Assembly (NCBI GenBank): GCA_009103225.1
Contig: RHPI01001037.1
Span: forward strand, 1,732,551 to 1,796,550
DNA length: 64,000 nt
DNA from: Chlorokybus atmophyticus
Taxonomy: Eukaryota; Plantae; Mesostigma and Chlorokybus algae
Direction: 5' to 3'
The translations under genes were made by a program, and so were the position numbers. The notes beneath the pieces are model-generated. The model was not told the DNA's origin, did no database searches, and was given only the letters and a program-made list of their open reading frames with translations. Shown piece after piece: positions 27,489-36,000 of the stretch (positions are counted from its first letter, which is position 1; each line of letters opens with the position of its first letter).

Positions 27489-28735
27489 TGCAGGCAGCAT
27501 ATGTTTTGGTGTTGTTGTTGTTGTTGTGGGTGTGGTGTCGGCGGCGGGGGTGTCGGCGTCGGCGGCGGTGTAGTGGTTGTTGCGCCTCCCGCTGGTGTCG
27601 CTGCTAGTGTGCAATCGCTGGTGGTGGCGGGGAGAGCGAGCGGCATGGCAGGCAGCAGCAGCCTGAAGCCAGCCTGGGTCGGCGGCAGCGCTGGGGATCC
27701 CAACCTGGCCAACCTGTACCGTGAGGGTATGTGTTTGTGGTATGGTCGGTCTATTTCTGTGCTGGCAGCATGCTAGTTGCCAAATATGTGTTGAACTCTA
27801 GAACTAGGTTTGGTCAGGGTTGCTAGTGCTTGTGAAAGGGTTTCCTGTGTCGAATGCTCGTCATGCTAGGCATAAGAGATGCCGCCTTTAATATTTGCAA
27901 TGTTGCATTTGCTGGATCGTTTGTGGAATTTGCGCATCTGGTGCAAAGGTTTCATTCGCACATCATGCTCATACTAATCTAATCAGGGTTGCAGGTTGTG
28001 CATGCTGTATTGTTGCCCATGCAAGCGCCATACTTGTGCGTGATTGATGTCGGGACGACCTTTGTTTGGCAGTGCATGCGTGTGTGGTAACTCACAGTGT
28101 GGAAATTGAGTGTCATAATGCGCCTTGCAGGATGCGAACGTGAGCTCAAAGCCAAGGACAAGGAGATCGATGCATTGACCAACGAGCTGGAGCTGAAGAA
28201 CAAACAGCTCAGTGCTTTCAACAAACAGGTGATGAATGGTAATTTACTATGTGTTGTTGGCATGTATGTTGCCTGTCTGTGTATGATTGTCATTAAAACC
28301 TTGTGCACAGGTGAAGATTCTGGTGCGGGTTAATAAGGACATGAGGGGGCATTCGGCAAACGGTGATGGCGACCGCGAGGTTGAACTGAACGAGGTGACA
28401 ATGTGTCTGATACTGTGTGCTGTGGTCTGGGCATATATATGAACGCTCTGTTTTGCTGCATGTGTACACAGATGCAGGCACTCACGGACAAGTGCAGGAA
28501 GTACAAGGACAAGTACAGATGCATCGAGCACTGGGGTCTGCACAAGACATGGAAATGCCACATGGATGTGTATGCATCATTCAGGGAGATGGACGATGAA
28601 TCCGGCAGTGGGCAGAGCAAGGAGGGCGAGGAGGAATATGGCAAATATGACGCGCCACGTGGACCGGAACGTGTTGAGCATGAGGAGCTGGAGGCACGCC
28701 ATTATGAGCCAGAGGCCGTTGACGAGGATGACTAG
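27489..28735 (+). CDS. Transposon cargo gene: spliced coiled-coil/acidic protein of unknown function (5' extent uncertain; degenerate exons back to ~26.2 kb)
   Basis: Four exons join in frame at GT-AG sites: ...GDPNLANLYRE|GCERELKAKDKEIDALTNELELKNKQLSAFNKQ|VKILVRVNKDMRG...VELNE|MQALTDKCRKYKDKYRCIEHWG...EPEAVDEDD-stop (exons 28131-28229, 28311-28394, 28472-28735). Confidence 0.65.
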
Positions 28736-28873
28736 GGTCTGCTCAGCATGCAAGGAAATTGTCTGCCAGGCATGTGTTGTAGTGAATGCACATCATGTAC
28801 ATATGACAGTGCAGTATTGTGTGTTGGTTTGACCACACTGGTAGATGTGCTGTGCAGGTAGCCTTGTTGACAA

Positions 28874-30547
28874 CTACGTGGACCATGACAGCGGACTGTT
28901 GCTAAGTGTGTATCCTAACCTCTGCAGCATGTGCCGCCCTATAAACTCTGAGTAGGCGGGGGGGATGCATTCTACTAAGGTGGTCTCTGCATGGATTTCA
29001 ATGCCCAGAGCTTGCTGCCATCCGGTGAGTTCGCCCCTTGCTGCAGCTTTCCCATACACAAGGAACATTTGCTGTGTAATCGTTTTATGGTCAGAGATGG
29101 AATGGTCCACAGGAGCAGGGTGTCCAGACAAAGCGCCCAGACTGCGTTGCGTGTGGTCACATACCATGTCCACCGTGAGCGTGGGTTGCGTCTCGAAGAC
29201 ACGATGTGTGAAGGTGAAGTCCGAACATAGTGCCGCACAACACCATGTTGTGTTCCATGACAGCAGCGGCTGATGGAATGTTCTCGATGATGTAAGGCTT
29301 CCCGCATGTTTGTAATCATTGTTGCAGCACTGGGAGTAGTTGACTGTGCTGCCAACTGTCTCCATGTTGTTGGCGTTGTGTTGCTGGAATGCAGGTTGCA
29401 TAAGCTTGGCATGGGGGGCTGGCCCATATCACATCGTAGTCGTCAAGGTCAACTGACATTGCATCTTGCAGTATGAAGTCAAATGGGTATTCCGGTTGTG
29501 CATTGATGTCCACTACAGTGACTTCAAAGCCAGCTCGATATAACCCCATGCTGGCCCCTCCACCTCCGCAACAAAGGTCTAGCACCTTGGGTCGATGCGG
29601 GTATCCATCGGGCGACAGGTGAGTCTGGGTCACAAGCAGGGGTGCAGTGGTCGACCACAGAGGCAAGGATTGCACAGGAGGTGCTGCCTTGCGGTGTTGC
29701 TGCACTCTCTGTTCACCCACAATGTGGCACGCGGTGCTGCCATTGTGTGGGAACGTGACCACAATGTTGTGCAGCGCAATGTTGAGGTGCTGCACGTCAC
29801 CAATGCAAAAGCGCACGCTATGACGACCTGGCAAACAGGTATGGATATTGGTAATCACGTGAGGGTGATGAAAGCATGTGGACTGCACCTGGCCCCTTAC
29901 CGTTGTGCGTATTGAAACTGTATACGTTGCCGCTGTACCACTCTTTGTCAGCAGATAAGACCATAACCGCACAGCCACCGAGTGCAAGGCCTTCATCGTT
30001 GCAACGCTGGCGCAAGTCCACATGGTGGCCCCCGTTTGGTGAGATTGCGAGACCAAGTTCTGTGGTGGACTGTACACTAATGTCCGATGGCGTAATGGCT
30101 GGACGTGGCATAGCCCCGAGCCCACATCGACTGCGCGCAGCCTGAGTCACAAGCTAAGTGTGGGTAAGCAAAGCAGGCACTCTTTGCCCAGGGCAGCGCA
30201 TTTCAGCAACGTACCACTGTGTGCTGCAGTGGTGATTGTGGTAGTTGTGTCCCTGGTCGGATGTATGGCATATAGCGCATGGGGTGCCCATGCCATTCGA
30301 ATGTGGAACTTGCGCAGTCAGTGCAAGAGCATTCCATCAGGAAGAACTCAGGCTGTCTGCACTTGTGTTGTCCACGGCATGCCAGAATGTGAACGCCACG
30401 CGTGTGATGGTGCCAGCACGCAGCTGTAAATCCAAATCTCTACTGGTAAGCAAGGCATTGCTGCTGGTGTTTATGGAGGCGGGCTCGTTGACCATTGCTC
30501 ACGATAAATGCACGGCATACTGAACAGGTCCTGGACGCTTGTGGCAT
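28874..30547 (-). pseudogene. Zinc-finger-like / Tudor / C5 cytosine DNA methyltransferase fusion gene (3 exons; two nonsense codons and one frameshift)
   Basis: Exon 1 (30547-30215): CSVC...HKHQQQC plus a second Cys/His cluster. Exon 2 (30153-29901) and exon 3 (29827-28874) splice to a Tudor-like LGGCAVMVLSADKEWYSGNVYSFNTHN|GRHSVRFCIGDVQHLNI. C5-MTase motifs follow: VLDLCCGGGGASMGLYRAGFEVTVVDIN, ASPPCQ, PYIIENI, LCGTMFG, HRVFET, ECIPPAYSEFIG. Lesions: TAG 30440-30442, TGA 29316-29318, frameshift near 29206-29212. Confidence 0.88.
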
Positions 30548-32512
30548 GATGACCTGCAAACGGCAGACGGGCAATCGGCATGCCCTTCGCCCCACCCAAA
30601 GCGCAATGTCACAACCGAACTGCTCGCAAACCCTAAAAATGTGAGCTGTCCGCGTCTGCATGCGACTTGTCGCGATATGCATGTGGTTTTTTTCCAAATC
30701 AAATGTCGTCCACCTCCATGTGTGTGAGATCTTCAACATCACTGTCCTCTTCAGAGTCTGCGTCGGGCAGGGTGTAGTCGATGTCCTGGCCAGATTCAGG
30801 TTGACCATGAGTGGGTCCATGGCAAGTGTTGGGGTCCTGTGCCTCAGGTGCCTGGGTTGGCGAGTGTGGACATCACCGTGGTTGTCGCAACCAATGTGGG
30901 AGCTTGCGTCAGTGCATGCGTGGCCCAACTTCTGGCACTTGCAGCGTGTAATCGCGCAACCATGCTTGCAGCCGCAAACCTTCATCAACACCTGCCGTCG
31001 GTTCCTTGCCGTGTTCTCTTCGAGGTCTTGCACGGCCACCCACACGCCATCAACCAGCTGGAATCCATACGCCAATAAGTCAGGGAAGCGCATGTCTGTC
31101 TCCGTGCTTTGCATCCACATCTGAACCGCATACACAGCACGAAACGCATGAAGCCACAGCGTATCTACTGTTGGCATAGTGTCACGTGGTGTGGCAGTCT
31201 TGTTCCAGATGGTCTTGTGTATGGCCTCTAACCACACAGCCAAGAACACTCTGTTGCTGGTGGTTGCGCTGCTACCGTGCAACTCAAAGAACAACGATGC
31301 TGGCGATCCGCTTTCAAATGACGATCGGTATTTCTTGAAGTAGCAGCAACCAAGCAGGCGAAGCACTGCAAAACACATTTCATGCTCCACCTTGCTGACG
31401 TTGCCAGTGACAAACTCCGCGTGTTGAGCCACAGTACGCCAGATGAACTGCTTGGAGATCCCGCCCACGAACGAGGTGTAGTCGCATCCAGTTGTAGCAT
31501 AAACAAGTAAGAGCCACCAGCATCTGCTTGCCTCATTGATGGCACTGAGCTGATGTGTGGTTGTGACATGGTTGCGCAGCATGTCCATGTTGACAAAAGG
31601 TGGCAGCATGGACCCTCGCGAGTGTTGTGCAACTTGAATGGTGATGTCTTTCATGGGAGAATCCCAACTTTCCGTGATAGCCAACTCAATCATTGTCACG
31701 TCTGTGTCTGGTGAGTAATTGATGACGTGGTTATAAGGAGCTCTATTTGCATGCACCCATACTCTTGAGTCAGCTTCGCCGTGGTTGCACTCATACTCGA
31801 TGACAGAGTAATGCAACACAACACCAGCTGCGTTGCGCGACACCACTTGCGCCAGGTCCCCCACATCCTCTTTGTCGGAACCGCCAGCAAACACCACCTC
31901 CGGGTCTGGACGCAGGTGCGCCGACAGCATGCGTGGCATGTGCTCAGTTATCAGCTCACACAGTAAACGCTTGAGGCTGCGGTCTTTCAAGACATCTCTC
32001 CAAGACCTCGGCAGCTCCGTGTCCATTGTGAGAGAACCACCCGAAGATGAAGATGCACCATCGTGTGCACGCTGCGACGACGACTTCACGCCAGTTTGCC
32101 AGCGTGGGGTGTCGAAGACGATGTGCACACCCTGCACCGCTGGGTTGGCGAGTCGCGGCAGAACAGAGGTGCATATCAGATGCTGGATGTAGTCAGCAAT
32201 CGTGCCATGCGCAAGCTGACACTCTTAATTGATCAAGAACATGCCCTCCAATATGACACATTTAACACCGGCAGGAGATCCGCGGTTGTAGCAACTGATG
32301 TCTAATGAAGCAACTCCTGCAAGGAACTTAGCCTTGTCCCCAGACCGCATCTTGCCCATGAGCTCCTCAAACAGAGCCCATGGATGTTCACAGTACCTGG
32401 CCGTAACCGTTGCCTTGTTTGCCCCGTTTGCAGCGAGTCGCTTGGCCACCAGCATCTCGAGCCTGTACTGCTTGAGAACAGTGGCTTGCTTCGACAGCCT
32501 CTTGGTCGCAGG

Positions 32513-33036
32513 TGTCACAGCCCACTCGACCACAAAAGACTTGGTGCTTTTATGGTCGATTTGTGGTAATTTAATGTACCTTCCCGTTACATTCCCCCCC
32601 ACTTAAGAACGCTGACGTCCTCGGCAGCTGGGGAATTTTCTTCCCAGGAGTCTGATTTAGGGTCGGTCACCGGTCCCACCACCCAAGAACCGGCCAATTT
32701 AAGCCCATACCGGTCAACGCGCGCATAGCGCTCCGCTGCCGGCCCCACAGGTCGCGTCGCCGCGATAGGCAGGTCGCGCCCTGCCGCGCCGACTGAACTG
32801 GTCAGTCCGGCGCGACTGCCATTAGGCAAGTCGCGACCCGATCGATGATGGCACTCATAAAGTGACCATTTACGATGTTATTGGATCGAGAAACAACGAC
32901 CGCGGAATTCGTGTGCAAGGCAGGAATCGAACCCGGGTCTCAAGCTCCGATGACCAATGTTACAGCCCACTCGACCACAAAAGACTTAGTGCTTTAATGG
33001 TCGATTTGTGGTAATTAGATGTACCTTCCCGTTACA
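32513..33036 (-). mobile_element. TRIM (terminal-repeat retrotransposon in miniature), 524 bp, inserted in the transposase ORF
   Basis: 79-bp LTRs (33036-32958 and 32591-32513; TGT...ACA ends; about 5 mismatches). 5-bp TSD CCTGC (GCAGG on + at 32508-32512 and 33037-33041). PBS TGGTCATCGGAGC resembles the tRNA-iMet PBS TGGTATCAGAGC. PPT GGGGGGGAA abuts the 3' LTR. Removing the element and one TSD restores the frame RTMAPATKRLSKQ. Confidence 0.93.
32923..32977 (-). promoter_or_regulatory. tRNA-type RNA polymerase III internal promoter (A box + B box) in the TRIM
   Basis: A box TGGTCGAGTGG (32977-32967, inside the 5' LTR) and B box GGTTCGATTCC (32933-32923, internal region), separated by 33 nt as in tRNA genes. 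Confidence 0.65.
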
Positions 33037-36000
33037 GCAGGGGCCATTGTCCTTAAGTTGAATCTGCGACTGACTTTGGCCAATGGTGCCTCTCTGCAGA
33101 TGTCAACCTCGACATACGTCTTCATGGCTTCCACTCCCACTTCGTGATGCCTGGCAAGATCAGCACATGCTGCCGCTGTGGCCTCCACTCCAGAGGTGAG
33201 ATGGGTCAATTGCAGCGTGTGTGGACAATCCAGTGCATTGTTGTCCCTTATCACCTCTAGAATATGCTGGATGTCAGCGCCACACCTCGATTCATCAGAC
33301 TTCAGGTTGCGCTCAACCCCGTGGTGATCATCATCTGCATCATCGTCCATGTCCATATGGTTTAGCTTGGAGTCAATCAACAGCTGGCGAAGGACCTGCT
33401 TGTGTGACTGACTTCACTTTTTCCAAGGTACAGCGATTTCTGGCGAAGAAACTCTGCAGTGGGCTTGCAGAGTGACATCTTCATGTATCGGTTCACCTGC
33501 TATTCATGCGCCTCATCAAGAGCGACCAGTCTACCCTTAGCGCCGGTGAGACTGATTGCAAAACCATCTGCTTGCAGCATGTTCAGCAGCGTACGCGGCA
33601 TGAGACCTGCAGATCCGCTAGGTGCAAAGTCATCACCCGCTGGTAATGGAATCTATCCCAAGCAAAAGACAATGGGCTCAACCTCTTGCAGCTGGCCATG
33701 CGCAGGTCCCAAATCTTGTGCCGCACACCGCACAATAAATCAAGGTAATGCAGCATGTCCCGGTTGACAATGTCCCACCAAAATTTCCATGTGGCATCTG
33801 TCTTGCATTGCTCCTCGCACCATGCTTCGAAGCTAGCACGCGACAGAGTAGCAATGGACGACAAACTTCTGGCCGTCAGCAATGCAACTGCTTTTCGTTT
33901 CTTCACATGCTCGGCGTTCCCACAGCTCATACATCCGTCTATACATTAACCCCAGCCCTTGCAGAGGAAGTTGTTGCGTCACTTCCAGTGGTGTCCATCT
34001 ACTAGATGGTTGCGAGCAATGGATGCTGAAAACCCAGCGTGCAAGGACATGACATCCCGTGCAGCGTCCCATGATATTTTGACGATGACAGGCTGCATGT
34101 TCATGAGCACATGGAAGTCCCCGGGAAGCGGGACAAGCCATTCCCAATACCCAGGCTTTGCTTTCAATAATGCTTGCATAAGTGCAAACGTTTTCTGACC
34201 ACCTGTCATGCAGATCTTCGACTGCTCATCCGTCAGCACCACCCGTGCACGCAGCAGGAGTGCGTACTTGAGGTTGTCAATGTTGTCTGGGCAGAATGGC
34301 AACACCGGCAGATACTCGATGTCATTCACAACGACCGCGCTGGCGCGTCCTTGAGCATTCTGTAGCAGCCTGGCCCAGTCATCCTTTAATGTTGGAAGAG
34401 AATGCTGATCTTCCTGTTGCATCCGCTCCACCACTGTGTTGTGCATGGTATTCCTGAAATCACGCAATGCTGCACTTCTTGAGGGAAGCAGGTTGAGAAT
34501 GGGATCACTACGTATCACTCCGCGTGGGCGACTGCTCTGCGATCGTGGGAACATTGCTTCTGGCACATGCTGAGCGACCAGGGACACGGGCAGCGAGCGG
34601 TTTCCGGATGGCTGCCATCAGGAAGGTAATCAGGCAGTGCTGGTGCAATGGCCCGCATGCGTTCTTAACTATTGGCACTTACTTGCAACTCCACAGGCGC
34701 ATCGGCACTGCGGCCAGAAGTTGAGGTGAGTTGCTTTGATGTAGCGTGTATGTCCCCCCCTTGCCTGCCCTTATACTTTGCCTGGTGCCCAACCTTAATG
34801 TCGAGATTGTCCACAGAAGCCAGGACGTGCTTGCCAGAGCCTGGCTGAATTCGTGCCAGCCAACCCAGATTGTTCAAAGCGCGCCCATGAATGTGCCGGT
34901 CGATGTGGCTGCGGCTCACAGCCACACCAAGTCGATTCAAGAACTGCATTAGCTTGTTGCCTTCGGAGTGGGAGTCCACTTCGTCGGTCACCACCATGTG
35001 GAGAGGAGAGAATGTGTACTTGCTTCTCGCATACAATACACTATGCATTAGAAAGCATGTCTTGTTGCGCACAATGACAAGGGCACGCGCGTGATGAGGA
35101 CCAGCTGTTTTGGCTCGCTCCAAGACACTGTAACCTGTCATGGCTCCAAATACTTGTCGCAGCGCCGCCCCAGACTTCTCGCACTCGATCCCAATCAACA
35201 AAACGCAGGTCATGGTCCACATCGTTGCGCGCGACAACGCGCTGTCTCTCATTCTTAATCAGACTGGTAAGCTCACGCAGCGCGTCATCATCGATGCCCT
35301 CGGGATCCGTATGTGCTTTGCTGTATGTTCGAGTGCTTGCTGGCAACTCCGTGACCCTCATTCCATGACGCAGCAGGCATGCCAAGGGGTGTGCCCATGC
35401 ACCGATCAGCAGGGTACCTTGTTGTCTTGACCCAGTCACAACCACCACTGCTGACTTCAATCGCTGTTGAATGGCACAAAGCAGCAGTCGCACACAACCT
35501 ACGTTGAACTTGGTTGCAACTGCCGTCAGATGTACAACTCCATCCCTCTACAGCAGCTGGGATGCCACCTCCTTGACAGCACACGGCAAGGGACCCACCA
35601 CTTCCTCCATTGCCACGAGCGTCACCTCGTCCACGAACAGCTCGCGCACCTTGTCTGCCACCCTAGCATCATACTGATGCTGTTGCGGTAATCTGCTTGC
35701 CATGAAAGTCTCACGCAGCCCAACTATCACATCATCCAACTCCGCCAGCTTAGTGCGGTAAGCCTCCAGGTCACCCTCTGCACGCAACCTGTCCCGCCTC
35801 TCTGTGTTGCTCAGCTCTGATGCTTCGCGCAGCTTACTCTTCAACATCTGCAGACACAGAAGCCAAGTTATACCTAACCACTGTGCGGAGTTTGGCAGGC
35901 AGGACATTCACCAACAGCCTCTAGACAATACCTCAACTTGGCGCTGTAAATTTTCCACCTCTTCATCCCGGTCAACTTGCAAACTTGACGCAGCGGCCCT

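Noticed and set aside
27374-27712. Minus-strand Pro/Gln-rich ORF
   Set aside because: Low-complexity antisense of an exon that splices in frame on the + strand.
30440-30700. C-terminal extension of the 565-aa XPG ORF
   Set aside because: Produced by a frameshift after the Cys finger. The acidic tail ends at 30699 in another frame, and the last residues belong to exon 1 of the methyltransferase gene.
32225-32602. ORF beginning MGGNVTGRYIKLPQIDHK
   Set aside because: The first ~30 codons are read-through from the TRIM LTR; the real protein is RTMAPATKRLSKQ.
32900-32985. Apparent tRNA gene or SINE
   Set aside because: No acceptor or anticodon stems can be formed; the A/B boxes belong to an LTR-bounded TRIM.
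29316-35550. Alternative genetic code (TAA/TAG = Gln) to explain in-frame stops
   Set aside because: Host genes end in TAA/TAG and have no internal TAR codons; the element also has TGA stops and frameshifts.
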